From an uncultured Victivallales bacterium (GTDB lineage Bacteria > Verrucomicrobiota > Lentisphaeria > Victivallales > UBA1829): DNA of 64,000 nt. Location: positions 264 to 64,263 of the forward strand of contig CAKUDG010000005.1 in NCBI GenBank assembly GCA_934644965.1, written 5' to 3'. A model generated the notes under the pieces. It was not told where the DNA came from. It saw nothing but the letters and a program-made list of their open reading frames with translations, and ran no database searches. This document shows, piece by piece, positions 50,218-60,761 of the stretch (position 1 is the stretch's first letter; every line of letters starts with the position of its first letter). A program made the position numbers and the translations under genes.

Positions 50218-51141
50218 TCAGGAAAATCCTTTCTTTCCTTCGTTTCCCCTCTCCCCTCTCCTTCTTCCGGAAGGGCCCTTTGCTTTCCCGGCGAATTCGT
50301 TTGCGGTGCAGTGGAAGAAACGTTTGAAAACCCGGCTGAAATGGGAAGGGTCCTCAAAACCGCAGCGGGCGGCGAGTTCCTTGACGGAAACAGACTCATC
50401 CGCCAGAATCCGTGCCGCCATATTCATTTTGAAACGGAGCAGGAAATCCGAAGGCGAGACTCCGGCGGCCCTGTGAAAGAGTCTGCTGAAATGCGAACGC
50501 GTATATCCGCAGAAAGCCGCCAGTTCCGACACCGTGATCTGCCGCGCAAGATGTTCCATGCAGAACTGAGCAGCCAGAGTCGGCAGATCCGGCTCGGATC
50601 TGTTTTCCAGGGCGGACAGGGTCTTGAGATCGCTTCCGAGAGACATCAGAAAAGAGTATCCGGCATGGGAAAAACGGAACTCATCCGGGAAAGGTTTCTC
50701 CCGCATCAGACGGAAGACCATTTTCAGACTCTGCACCGTGCCTGAGTTCTCCGGCAGACGATGCACGGAACCGTATTCAAGACTCAGCCTTTTCAGAAAA
50801 CGCATGGAAAAGGGATCCTGAAAACTGATGAAGAAAACTTCCCAGGAATTCGCCTCCGGGTGAATTCGGATGCGGAAATTCCCCGGCATGGGAAGAAGCA
50901 CGGATATCCCGGGATCCAGCCGGAGAGAACGACCGTCCAGAATCAGTTCCCCCGCACCGGACACACTGTACTGCAAAAAAAAGCGCTGGGGGCCGGGGCG
51001 TTCCCATGCGCGGGTGTCATATTCACAGGGTTTCACATTGTTTTCGTATCCGCAGAGACGTGGGAGCGCAGGGAGACGCTCTTCCTTCTTCGCATCAAAA
51101 TAGGGGCTGTAATAATGTTCTCTGACAAGGGTGTCCGCCAT
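50218..51141 (-). CDS. AraC-family transcriptional regulator
   Basis: ITVSELAAFCGYTRSHFSRLFHRAAGVSPSDF...VKELAARCGFEDPSHFSRVFKRFF. Confidence 0.9.
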   Translation of the reverse strand: MADTLVREHYYSPYFDAKKEERLPALPRLCGYENNVKPCEYDTRAWERPGPQRFFLQYSVSGAGELILDGRSLRLDPGISVLLPMPGNFRIRIHPEANSWEVFFISFQDPFSMRFLKRLSLEYGSVHRLPENSGTVQSLKMVFRLMREKPFPDEFRFSHAGYSFLMSLGSDLKTLSALENRSEPDLPTLAAQFCMEHLARQITVSELAAFCGYTRSHFSRLFHRAAGVSPSDFLLRFKMNMAARILADESVSVKELAARCGFEDPSHFSRVFKRFFHCTANEFAGKAKGPSGRRRGERGNEGKKGFS

Positions 51142-51356
51142 ATCCTCAGGCCTCCGTCAGGCGTTCTCATGGAAAAACTCACAGAAATCCATAAAAAAGC
51201 ACAATAATCCTGTTTACAGGAATTTCAAAGCAGTTATAATTAAAAAATATAAGGAATCCGGGAGATCATCAGCATTCCGGATTTTCTGAGGAGAGGAAGA
51301 GATCTCTCTGAAAAAAACAAATGAACGTGGGAAAAAAGAAGGAACGGAAAGAGATC

Positions 51357-52523
51357 ATGATTCGGATCGGAGTCATCGGATGCGGGAACAGATCCTTCAT
51401 CGCCTTTCATGCGCTGGAGTTTCCGGATACGGTCATTGCGGCGGGAGCCGATCCCTCGCAGGAGAATCTGGAAAAATTCAGGAATCAACTGAAGACAGAC
51501 TTTCATGCGGAAATGAATGTTTATTCCGACTACCGGGAAATGATCGGGAAGGAAAATCTTTCCGCGGTCATCATCACGAGTCCGGATCATTTTCATGCGG
51601 AACAGTCCATGTATGCGATGAAGCACGGGCTCGGCGTCTATCTGGAAAAGCCGCTCGCCATCACACTGGAGGAATGCAATGACATTCTCCGTTGCGCACG
51701 CGAGGAAAACGCCAGGCTCCAGATCGGGCACAACATGCGTTATCTCTGGTTCACCAACAAAATGAAGGAAATCATCGACAGCGGAGCCATCGGGGAGGTA
51801 CAGGCCATCTGGGTCAGGCATTTCGTCTCCTACGGGGACGGTTATTTCCGCAAATGGTATTCCCGGCGTGAACACATCAACAGCCTTCTCGTCCAGAAGG
51901 GCGCGCATGACATCGACATCATCCACATGCTGGCCGGCTCCTACACCGAGAGGGTTTCCGGATACGGGAAACTCTCCGTCTATGACAAACTTCCGCGGAG
52001 GAAGCCGGGAGAGCCCGTTCCGGTATACAAGGACCGTTCTCTCAACTGGCCGCACAAGGATATGAAGGATTTCAGTCCGGAAATCAGCATCAACGATCAC
52101 AACATGATTCTGATGCAGCTCCGGAACGGAGTCCAGGCCTCCTATATGCAGTGTTTCTACACACCCGACACGGTCCGGAACTACACGGTGATCGGCACGC
52201 AGGGACGTCTGGAAAACTACGGAGATCTCGGAGGCGGCGCCTGCATCCAGGTCTGGAACACCCGGGAGGACCGTTTCCGCCTGGAAGGAGACGTCACTTG
52301 GAGAGAACCCCGCCAGAACGGCAGCGGACACGGCGGTGCAGACGCGTCCATCATCCGGAGCTTCCTCCGTTATCTCCGCGGCGAGGAAACACCCGTAATC
52401 CGTCCGCAGGACGCCTGGTACGCAGCCGCCTGCGGCATCGCCGGAGCCGAATCCATCCGCCACGGCAACATCCCCGTGGACATCCCGGAACTCGCGCCGG
52501 ATCTGGAAAACTGCCGTTTCTGA
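51357..52523 (+). CDS. Gfo/Idh/MocA-family oxidoreductase
   Basis: MIRIGVIGCGNRSFIAFHAL...ITSPDHFHAEQSMYAMKHGLGVYLEKP. ATG 51357 is preceded by GGAAAGAG; the ORF opens at 51321. Confidence 0.9.
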   Translation: MIRIGVIGCGNRSFIAFHALEFPDTVIAAGADPSQENLEKFRNQLKTDFHAEMNVYSDYREMIGKENLSAVIITSPDHFHAEQSMYAMKHGLGVYLEKPLAITLEECNDILRCAREENARLQIGHNMRYLWFTNKMKEIIDSGAIGEVQAIWVRHFVSYGDGYFRKWYSRREHINSLLVQKGAHDIDIIHMLAGSYTERVSGYGKLSVYDKLPRRKPGEPVPVYKDRSLNWPHKDMKDFSPEISINDHNMILMQLRNGVQASYMQCFYTPDTVRNYTVIGTQGRLENYGDLGGGACIQVWNTREDRFRLEGDVTWREPRQNGSGHGGADASIIRSFLRYLRGEETPVIRPQDAWYAAACGIAGAESIRHGNIPVDIPELAPDLENCRF

Positions 52524-52775
52524 TAAGAAAACACCGTCTCCGACTCTATTCAGACTTGCCTGGAAAGGATTGACTGTTTATTGTTCCATTGATTCAGAAT
52601 TCAGCTGCAGTTACGGTGAAGAAAGCGCGGGTGCATCACCCGCGGGGACATCAAATCACCATCCCCTGAGTTCTTTCTCCCTCCCGCAGAGGAGTAAGGA
52701 AGAGAAGGAGAAAGAAAACAGGGGATTCATACTGCAGGATTCAACAGACAACGGAACAGAAACGGACTGCAGAAA

Positions 52776-54275
52776 ATGAACGGAATCTTCATCAACTCAG
52801 ATGTCTGGAACTTCTTTCTCGGTTCCCCGGATCAGATGACCGAGCAGGGGATCCGCGACGATGTGGATTTCTACACCGCCTCCGGAGGTGTGGAAGCCGT
52901 ATTCTACAACATGAATTTCCAGCGTGCCTTCTTCCCGAGCAAAGTCTTCACCCCGATCTGGAAGGACTGCTCTCTGGATGCCGACGGCAATCTCCTTCTC
53001 CGCGGAAAGAGGACGGACAACTCCTATAAAAATCTGGTATTCAACGCTCTTCTTCTCCATAAAAACGTTCCCTCCTTCATGAGTCTGCGTTATCGGCTCT
53101 GCCGGGAGAGAGGCGTGGAAATGTGGCACAGCATGCGCATGAACGACGTGCATTACACCCCCATGCAGACGGAACACCTCCCCCAGCACGGAGATCTCTG
53201 GCAGGAACGCAAGGACCTCATCCGCGCCTGGTACCGCCACACCTGGCGCAGCGACTGGCATGACAATGCATTTGATTACGCGAAGAAGGAAGTTTTCGAT
53301 TATCATCTGGCCTTCCTGAAGGAATATCTCTTCGACTATGAATCCGACGGGATCGAACTGGACTGGCTCCGTTCGATTCCCCTCTTCCGCCCCGGATCCG
53401 ACGAACGGAACAGAAACATCCTGACGGAATTCATGAGAAATGCGCGCTCCCTGGCGGATGCTGCCGGGAAAAAATGGGGACACCCCCTCCGGATCGCGGT
53501 CCGCGTTCCGGCCCGTGTGGAGGAAGCGCTTTCCACCGGTATGGATGTGCCGGCATGGGTCCGGGAAAATCTGGCGGACATCGTCATTCCCAGTCCGAAC
53601 AACACATCCACGGAAAACGACACGCAGGTCGATCTCTGGAAAATGCTTCTTCCCGAAAGGGACGGCCTGATTCTCGCCCCCTGCATTGACTGCACGCTGG
53701 GATCGGCACGCGGATATTTCATGCCCTTCACTGAGGAAACCGACAACGGTTTCGCCTCCGCCTTCTATCATCTGGGCGCGGACACGATGTACTTCTACAA
53801 TCATTTCCCGAGCAATCACTTCCCGGGGACGGAACGTTTCTTCGGATATGCGGGCGACAGGCGTGAAGTGGAAAAAAGAGCGCGGCGCCATGTCCTGACC
53901 CGTCACGATTGTGTGGGAGAAGGCAGATTTCAGGAACTCTGCTATCCTGAGATCATCTGGAAGCACTGCTGCAACGGAAGCGTCCGGATCAATGCGGGCG
54001 GGGGCACGGAAGGACGCAGTGCGACTGTCGTGCTCGGGACCCGGGTCCCGGTGAAGGCGGACCTGCTGCTGAACACAGTCCCCTGCGAAACGCTTCCTCC
54101 GGAAACCCCTCTCCCGGAAATGCCGAAGGAGAAAGCCTTCTATCTTCAGGCAAAGGTCCCTGCCGGGGTTCTTCATGACGGCTGGAACGCTCTGGAAATA
54201 TTCAACTGCGGAGAAAACGACATACCCGGAACAGATCTGGTCTGGAGCGAAATCAGAATTGACGCGGCGGAATAA
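52776..54275 (+). CDS. hypothetical protein, possible glycoside-hydrolase-like TIM barrel (GHL10-like)
   Basis: Coding-like composition over 499 aa. SDGIELDWLRS resembles the GHL10 dG.qlDY.R segment. The function call is weak. Confidence 0.6.
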   Translation: MNGIFINSDVWNFFLGSPDQMTEQGIRDDVDFYTASGGVEAVFYNMNFQRAFFPSKVFTPIWKDCSLDADGNLLLRGKRTDNSYKNLVFNALLLHKNVPSFMSLRYRLCRERGVEMWHSMRMNDVHYTPMQTEHLPQHGDLWQERKDLIRAWYRHTWRSDWHDNAFDYAKKEVFDYHLAFLKEYLFDYESDGIELDWLRSIPLFRPGSDERNRNILTEFMRNARSLADAAGKKWGHPLRIAVRVPARVEEALSTGMDVPAWVRENLADIVIPSPNNTSTENDTQVDLWKMLLPERDGLILAPCIDCTLGSARGYFMPFTEETDNGFASAFYHLGADTMYFYNHFPSNHFPGTERFFGYAGDRREVEKRARRHVLTRHDCVGEGRFQELCYPEIIWKHCCNGSVRINAGGGTEGRSATVVLGTRVPVKADLLLNTVPCETLPPETPLPEMPKEKAFYLQAKVPAGVLHDGWNALEIFNCGENDIPGTDLVWSEIRIDAAE

Positions 54276-54380
54276 AAATCATGTTTTTTCCTTTTTCCAT
54301 CCGCCTCTCATCCCCCTCTCCCATCTGCCGCCCTCCGGGGAATGCTTTGATAAAACAAAACAGAGAAAGGATCTTTCAAC

Positions 54381-55373
<993 letters not shown>

Positions 55374-55505
55374 CCCGGCACAAAACAGGGAAACGCCTCC
55401 TCCCGCGCCCGGGACACGAAGGAAAAGGAGAAAGGGAAAGCCACGTTTTTTCCGGGGAAGGGTTGGATTTTTATCCTGCGGCATGCTATGTTACGACTTC
55501 CGGAT

Positions 55506-55579
55506 TACCCCGTTGTGTAATGGTAGCACAAGTGGTTTTGGTCCACTCAGTCCAGGTTCGAATCCCGGCGGGGTAGCCA
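55506..55579 (+). tRNA. tRNA-Gln (anticodon UUG)
   Basis: 74-nt cloverleaf: acceptor TACCCCG/CGGGGTA, D stem GTGT/GCAC, anticodon stem AGTGG/CCACT with loop TTTTGGT, T arm CCAGG-TTCGAAT-CCCGG (one A-C mismatch), encoded CCA. U1-A72 plus G73 are bacterial tRNA-Gln identity features. Confidence 0.9.
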
Positions 55580-55702
55580 TTTGCTCTTTTCCTCTTCCGG
55601 AAGGATTCCCCGGATTCATTTTCAGCATTTTTTCCATGATGACCCGGCAAGGGATCTGCCGGGGCCAGGGGACGCACACGAGTCCGTTTCCGGATGTTCT
55701 TC

Positions 55703-56338
55703 TCAGGCGGAGGGGCATCCGGAGGAAGCGATTTCCTCAAGCATGCATCGGGAAACAGGCCCCTCCCGCAGAATGCGCCAGTGACAGGCGGCATCGACAC
55801 TGACTACGGTCGAAGCCCCCGAAGAAGCGGGAATCCGCCCGGCATCATAGAGCAGTTCCGGCTCCGAGACCAGGGAAGAGAGAGCTTCCTCCGCCGTCAG
55901 GGCGGCGGGAAGACCGGACAGGTTCGCACTCGTCGAAGCCAGCGGGGCGTCATATTCCTCCATGAGTCTCAGAAGAAAGGGATGATCCGGAATCCGGAAT
56001 CCGAAGGTCCCCCCCAGACCGTCCGGTACAACAAGCGTAATCGGTCCGGGACAGAAGGCCCCGGCAAATCGCCGGGCAAGTTCGGGAAGGGGCGGACAGC
56101 AATCCCGCAGCGCCGCAGTATCATGTACAAACGCCGCAAGCAGCTTGTCCGCGCTCCGGCGCTTCATGGCATAGATTTTCTCCCGCGCGGCGGAATCGTT
56201 CCAGGCGCAGACCAGTCCGTAGACAGTCTCCGTCGGAAGCAGCAGCACCGCGTGCGCGGAAGGCGTTTTCAGCAGGGCAAGAGCCTCTTTCAAGGCAGCG
56301 TCAAAAGAAGTTTCCCGGATCATTGCCGTATTTTTCAT
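55703..56338 (-). CDS. tsaC: L-threonylcarbamoyladenylate synthase (YrdC/TsaC type)
   Basis: LLLPTETVYGLVC, KIYAMKRRSADKLLAAFV, GPITLVVP and LASTSANLSGLPA. Confidence 0.9.
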   Translation of the reverse strand: MKNTAMIRETSFDAALKEALALLKTPSAHAVLLLPTETVYGLVCAWNDSAAREKIYAMKRRSADKLLAAFVHDTAALRDCCPPLPELARRFAGAFCPGPITLVVPDGLGGTFGFRIPDHPFLLRLMEEYDAPLASTSANLSGLPAALTAEEALSSLVSEPELLYDAGRIPASSGASTVVSVDAACHWRILREGPVSRCMLEEIASSGCPSA

Positions 56339-56505
56339 CCTTTCTTCTTATCCAGTGTTTTTCCGTTCATCTTTTTCACTTTCTCTCCGGATTTTCCCTC
56401 CGGATTCCCGATTTTCCTCCCGGTTTCCGGCCTTCCCGCGAAGGAGGAGGAAGAAGGGAGAAGAAAAGGGGGAAAAATCATGTTCCGGGAGGCTCCCGGC
56501 CGCCT

Positions 56506-58227
56506 TCACCGTCCCGCAGAAGGAGAGGCTTTCCTCCCGGCGGCGGCCGCCGCGGCGTGGGAACTGGAAAGAAACAGAGAGCGCCAGAACGGCATCCACC
56601 GCTTCTCCAGACGCAGACGGAATTCACATCTCTTCCCCGAAGAATCGGAATCGACTTCGAGAAGAGGCGGATCCTCCGTCTTCCCCCCCGCTATTGCGTA
56701 AAGGCGGAGGAATCCTCCTTCCCGGGGGATTTCAACGCTTCCGGATTCCGCTCTCAGGACGGCAAGTTCCGCAAGGGGAAGAGCACTCCGGAAAAAGAGG
56801 AGTTTCCCTTTTCCCGGTTCCGAAAAGCAGTACAGGGCTCCCGGGAGCTCTCCCCCGAAGGAACGGAGATGCCAGAAATAAGGTTCTTCCGTGCGCCTGG
56901 CTCCGGAACGGAGCAGAAAAGAGTCCAGCTCTCCGGAACGGGCTTCCGGAAAGGACAGTTCCAGTCCGAAAAAAGGAATCCCCTCTTCCCTGCCCGCAAA
57001 TGCAAGGACTTCCTGGTCCGCGGACTGCAAACGGAGCAGGAAGGAGAAGAATCCGGGCGAAAGATCCGATGCGGAGTTTTCCTCATCGCTCCCCTCCCCC
57101 GTCATCCGGAGTGCGGCGAGAAAACAGAGCACTCTCTCCAGGATGGCATCGCGGTTCCGCCCGGGAAAAAGACAGGCCGCAAATTCCGTCCGGGCAGGAA
57201 GTCCGGCGGGGAAAAAAGCTTCTCCCCTGCCGCCGGGAGATACGGACGGGGGGGAAGACAGGAGAGAAGGTTCCCTCCCCGTTTCTTCAGAAGAAAGACC
57301 CGAAGAGGCGGAAGCGGAATCCCGGCAGACAAGTGTCATGGACAGAGCTTCCCGATCCGGAAAAAACTTCCATTCGAGAAGGTCGAAACGGTTCAGAAAC
57401 GCCACGGCTTCCTGCGGAAGGAGTTTCTCTCCTCCCGGGGAAGGAGCCTGAGTCTTTCTTCCCGGCCGGGAAAGAGAATTTTTCGCCGGGGGAAAGAGAG
57501 AATGCAGAAGATGGGAAAGAGCATCATTCCAGGAGAATCTGTCCCCTCCTCCCGAACGCCTGTCAAAACGCAGTTCCACCCCTCCCGGCGGAACGGAACA
57601 CGCAGGCTCTGAAAAAAAGAAGGACGGCGGATGTGTTTTCCCCCCCGCAGAGGATGAGGCCGGGAACAGAGAAACAAAACGCCGGGATGACAGCAGACAA
57701 ACCCGTTTTCCCGCCCCCGGAAGGAAAAGAGGATGGAAGATTTTCCCCCCGAGGGAGATCTCCCGGGGAAGAGTTTCCCGTTTCCGGTCCGCAAAAATGC
57801 AAAGTCCCCATTCGCCGCCGTCACCGGGAGAGAGCAGACAAAAGGAAAAAGGCGCCGTCATATCAAAATCCGAAAACGCCGGATGCATGGCCAGAGCCGC
57901 AGTTCCCAGGACGATCCAGTCGGCGGAACGCGGCAAAAACGATTCCCCGAGTCCGGCAAGAATTTCAGAGGTCTTCAAAAGAGAAGGCAGCTGCAGCGAC
58001 ATCACCGCCACGGGCACGGCGGCGGCGTTTTCTCTCCCGGATTCATCTCCCGATTCCACCCCCTGCACAAAGGACGAAGACTCTGCTTTCCCCCTCCCTT
58101 CGTTTTCCTCTTCCGCAGCGGAGCAAAAGCAGGGGCGGAAAACCATGATTCCGGAAAACAGCAGGACAGCCGCCGCCGGAAGCGGCAGAAGACACCTTCG
58201 CCGAAAAATGGGGAATCCGTTGTTCAC
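56506..58227 (-). CDS. hypothetical N-terminally membrane-anchored protein (573 aa), no recognisable family
   Basis: GTG 58227 overlaps the upstream stop (GTGA) and gives MNNGFPIFRRRCLLPLPAAAVLLFSGIMVF (signal anchor). The ORF is open to 58452, inside the upstream gene. The two long plus-strand ORFs here encode only R/K/G/P-rich strings. Confidence 0.65.
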   Translation of the reverse strand: MNNGFPIFRRRCLLPLPAAAVLLFSGIMVFRPCFCSAAEEENEGRGKAESSSFVQGVESGDESGRENAAAVPVAVMSLQLPSLLKTSEILAGLGESFLPRSADWIVLGTAALAMHPAFSDFDMTAPFSFCLLSPGDGGEWGLCIFADRKRETLPREISLGGKIFHPLFLPGAGKRVCLLSSRRFVSLFPASSSAGGKTHPPSFFFSEPACSVPPGGVELRFDRRSGGGDRFSWNDALSHLLHSLFPPAKNSLSRPGRKTQAPSPGGEKLLPQEAVAFLNRFDLLEWKFFPDREALSMTLVCRDSASASSGLSSEETGREPSLLSSPPSVSPGGRGEAFFPAGLPARTEFAACLFPGRNRDAILERVLCFLAALRMTGEGSDEENSASDLSPGFFSFLLRLQSADQEVLAFAGREEGIPFFGLELSFPEARSGELDSFLLRSGARRTEEPYFWHLRSFGGELPGALYCFSEPGKGKLLFFRSALPLAELAVLRAESGSVEIPREGGFLRLYAIAGGKTEDPPLLEVDSDSSGKRCEFRLRLEKRWMPFWRSLFLSSSHAAAAAAGRKASPSAGR

Positions 58228-58799
58228 TTGACGCACCGGTAGACAAATGCCGGAGGCAGATTCTTCCAGACCACCTCCGATTTGCTGACACGGGAAAAAT
58301 ATTTCTGCAGACGTTTCCTGAATTTTCTGCCCGCCGGAAGCAGCGTTCCCTGCAAATAGGCGAAGGTGGTGAACACTCCGCCGTCCGGAGCAAGAGAATC
58401 GTAAATCACGGAAAGCAGTTCCTCCTGCAGAGAGTCGGAAAACGAGGCCCACGGGAGACCTGAAATAATGACATCCACCTGAGAGACGCCCTCCTGATTC
58501 ATCAGAAGGCGCAGATTGGCGGCGCTGTCATTGTACAGGCGCACCTGCGGGAACTTTTTCCGGAACGGAGGAATGACATTCGCATTCAGTTCCACGGCAA
58601 AGAATTTTGCAGTCGGAGAAATGGATTCGAGAATCAGCCCGGTCGCCGCTCCCGTCCCGGGCCCGAGCTCCACGACTGTGGCGGCCTTTTCAATGCCGAT
58701 CTCCCCGGCCAGGGTACGGCAGAGAGTGCGGGAACTGGGCCAGACGGCGCCTGTGGTCCTGGGGTTCATGATAAACTGCCCCAAAATTGTGTTCTTCAT
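58224..58799 (-). CDS. class I SAM-dependent methyltransferase (COG3963, phospholipid N-methyltransferase-like)
   Basis: TGAVWPSSRTLCRTLAGEI...VVELGPGTGAATGLIL...FFAVELN...VDVIISGLPWASF follows the COG3963/rRNA adenine dimethylase-like pattern. Confidence 0.8.
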   Translation of the reverse strand: MKNTILGQFIMNPRTTGAVWPSSRTLCRTLAGEIGIEKAATVVELGPGTGAATGLILESISPTAKFFAVELNANVIPPFRKKFPQVRLYNDSAANLRLLMNQEGVSQVDVIISGLPWASFSDSLQEELLSVIYDSLAPDGGVFTTFAYLQGTLLPAGRKFRKRLQKYFSRVSKSEVVWKNLPPAFVYRCVK

Positions 58800-58867
58800 T
58801 CGTTTTTCTCACCTAACACATCAGAGTTTGCCGGGGGGAAGAGAAACGCAAAACGCGTTCCGTGTTT

Positions 58868-58896
58868 ACTATAGGCATATTCCGTCTTTTTTTCAA
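58868..58896 (-). promoter_or_regulatory. sigma70-type promoter of the methyltransferase operon
   Basis: Minus strand TTGAAA (58896-58891) - 17 nt - TATAGT (58873-58868), about 70 nt upstream of the ATG. Confidence 0.55.
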
Positions 58897-59043
58897 GCGT
58901 TCCGAATTGCAAAAGGCTTCCCCCTTCTCTGCAGGACAACGTCTGAGCGTCGCTTTCCGAAGAAAAACTCCTCTTTGACGCAGATTCCTTATTCAGACGG
59001 AACATGTCATTCCGCCGTAAAGACAGAACAGGAGAGTCCACCA

Positions 59044-59610
59044 ATGAGCTTCCCCCAATTCCCGGACAAAAACAGAAGATTCAATCCCGCGGCGCCGCTC
59101 AGAAACAAGAGGCGGGAACTCTTCTGCCGACTCTACGCTTCCGATTTCTGGGGCAGACCGGAAGAAGCACTGAAAGCGGCCAATTATCATGTCCAGGGCG
59201 AATCCGCGGCACGGAAAACCGCAGGCATGATCCTTGATTCGGAAGAAGTCCGCGAACGAATCGCCTACCTGAGAAAAATCAAGTCCGAAAATTCCGTGGC
59301 GGACGACGCATGGATCAAGGAAAGCCTCATTAAAATCATCGAACACGCAAAAAAGGATTCCGACCGCATCCGCGCCCTTTCCAATCTGAAGAAGCTGCTC
59401 GTCACCTCCTCTTCTTCCGCCTCTGGCGCCTCCGGAAGACGCAGCAGAAATGAAATCAGCATCTCCATGGAACAGGCCGTGTTCCCCTTCTTTGAAGGCG
59501 GGGAAGACGGAGCAGAAGACTATCCGGATCCTTCTCTTCCGCCTTCTTCTCAAATTTCGCCTCAAACGTCTTCCCCGCAGGCTTTCCCGTCCGGGGGCTC
59601 CTCTTCTTGA
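59044..59610 (+). CDS. terminase-small-subunit-like (Terminase_2-like HTH) protein with Ser/Pro-rich tail
   Basis: NKRRELFCRLYASDFWGRPEEALKAANYHVQGESAARKTAGMILDSEEVRERIAYLRK follows the PF03592-type pattern (..ERFC.EY....N...AA..AGYS...A...A..LL....V..RI..L). AGGAGAG precedes ATG 59044. Confidence 0.6.
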   Translation: MSFPQFPDKNRRFNPAAPLRNKRRELFCRLYASDFWGRPEEALKAANYHVQGESAARKTAGMILDSEEVRERIAYLRKIKSENSVADDAWIKESLIKIIEHAKKDSDRIRALSNLKKLLVTSSSSASGASGRRSRNEISISMEQAVFPFFEGGEDGAEDYPDPSLPPSSQISPQTSSPQAFPSGGSSS

Positions 59611-59616
59611 GGGAAA

Positions 59617-59644
59617 TTGAAAAAAAAGAGCCGCGGTGTATAGT
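59617..59644 (+). promoter_or_regulatory. sigma70-type promoter of the radical SAM-kinase operon
   Basis: TTGAAA (59617-59622) - 16 nt - TATAGT (59639-59644). It shares TTGAAAAAAAGA...TATAGTA with the promoter at 58868-58896. Confidence 0.55.
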
Positions 59645-59852
59645 ATTTCCTTTCTTTCATGTTTTCTTGAATGTTTGAATGACTTTTTTCACTGACGGAC
59701 GGAAATGATGGCGGACCATACCCGAATAAAAGCGGAAACATCCGTTGAAATGTTTTCTTCCCGCCGTACGGCGGCAGGATCGGGAGAAAAAGGGATGGGA
59801 CTTCCCGCAAGGGCGGAGAATCAGAATCCGGAATCCGGGGGAACACATTCTT

Positions 59853-60734
59853 ATGATGAACGGATGGCTTGATGAAAATACGCTCTTCCGTCCGCCCGCG
59901 GAAGGGAAAAGCCTGATTTTTCAGGTGACGCGCGGCTGCCCGCACAATCGCTGTTTGTTCTGCGGGATGTACAAGACGGTTTCGTATCGGGAATACGATC
60001 TCCGGAAAATCGAAGCGGACATCGAATGCGCCCTGCGCCAGGGCTTCGGAAACGCCAGAAGAATCTTCCTTGCCGACGCGGACGCCTTTTCACTCTCCAC
60101 GGAAAAACTCGAATCCATTCTGCTTCTTCTGAACAGGAAATTCCCCTTGCTGAGCCGGGTCTCCTTTTACGCGGGCGGTCATTCGATTCTCTCCAAGACT
60201 CCGGAGGAACTCAGGCGTCTGAAGGAATTGAAAGCCTCGACGCTCTATCTGGGTCTGGAAAGCGGCTCCGAAGAACTTCTGAAACGTGTGGGAAAAGCCT
60301 GTACGGCGAAAGCCATGGCCGAAGCCGTGATCCGGGCACAGGGTTGCGGGCTGAAAGTTTCCGTCATGATTCTGCTCGGTCTCGGGGGAACGGAATTCAG
60401 CAGGATTCATGCGGAAAAGACGGCGGAAGTGCTCAACTACATGCGTCCGAAACTGCTTTCCGCCCTGCGCTTCATCGAAATTCCCGGTCTGACGCCCATG
60501 TTTAAAGGCTATCATCCCCTTTCCGAAAAAGGCTCCGCCGTGGAACTCCAAACCATTCTTTCGCTGCTGAATCTGGACGGGACGGTGTTCCGGGCGAATC
60601 ACAGTTCCATCCCCTTTCCCCTTGAAGGACGCTTCCCGAAGGACCGGGAAAAATGGATCGCCACCCTTGACGCAGCCGTAAAAACGGGTATCTTATCCGA
60701 ATCAGGACCGGGCCCCCTCCCGCTCTTTCTGTAA
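59853..60734 (+). CDS. radical SAM enzyme with CX4CX2C cluster motif
   Basis: FQVTRGCPHNRCLFCGMY (codons TGC CCG CAC AAT CGC TGT TTG TTC TGC), then FLADADAF, YLGLESGSEELL and VMILLGLGG as in Elp3/COG1032-like radical SAM cores. Start is ATG 59853 (MMNGWL). Confidence 0.8.
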   Translation: MMNGWLDENTLFRPPAEGKSLIFQVTRGCPHNRCLFCGMYKTVSYREYDLRKIEADIECALRQGFGNARRIFLADADAFSLSTEKLESILLLLNRKFPLLSRVSFYAGGHSILSKTPEELRRLKELKASTLYLGLESGSEELLKRVGKACTAKAMAEAVIRAQGCGLKVSVMILLGLGGTEFSRIHAEKTAEVLNYMRPKLLSALRFIEIPGLTPMFKGYHPLSEKGSAVELQTILSLLNLDGTVFRANHSSIPFPLEGRFPKDREKWIATLDAAVKTGILSESGPGPLPLFL

Positions 60735-60761
60735 CAATCCCCCTGCTGAGGCTTGATTAAA

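Noticed and set aside
56323-58148. Two overlapping plus-strand ORFs of 429 and 597 aa.
   Set aside because: Their products are near-continuous R/K/G/P/S low-complexity strings. The minus-strand ORF has a membrane anchor and a GTGA coupling to the upstream gene. These are probably artefacts of T-poor composition, but confirmation by ribosome profiling is advisable.
55506-59610. A genomic island or prophage remnant integrated at tRNA-Gln, suggested by the terminase-like gene 3.5 kb away.
   Set aside because: No integrase gene is present, and I found no direct repeat of the tRNA 3' end anywhere downstream. The intervening genes include the core gene tsaC.
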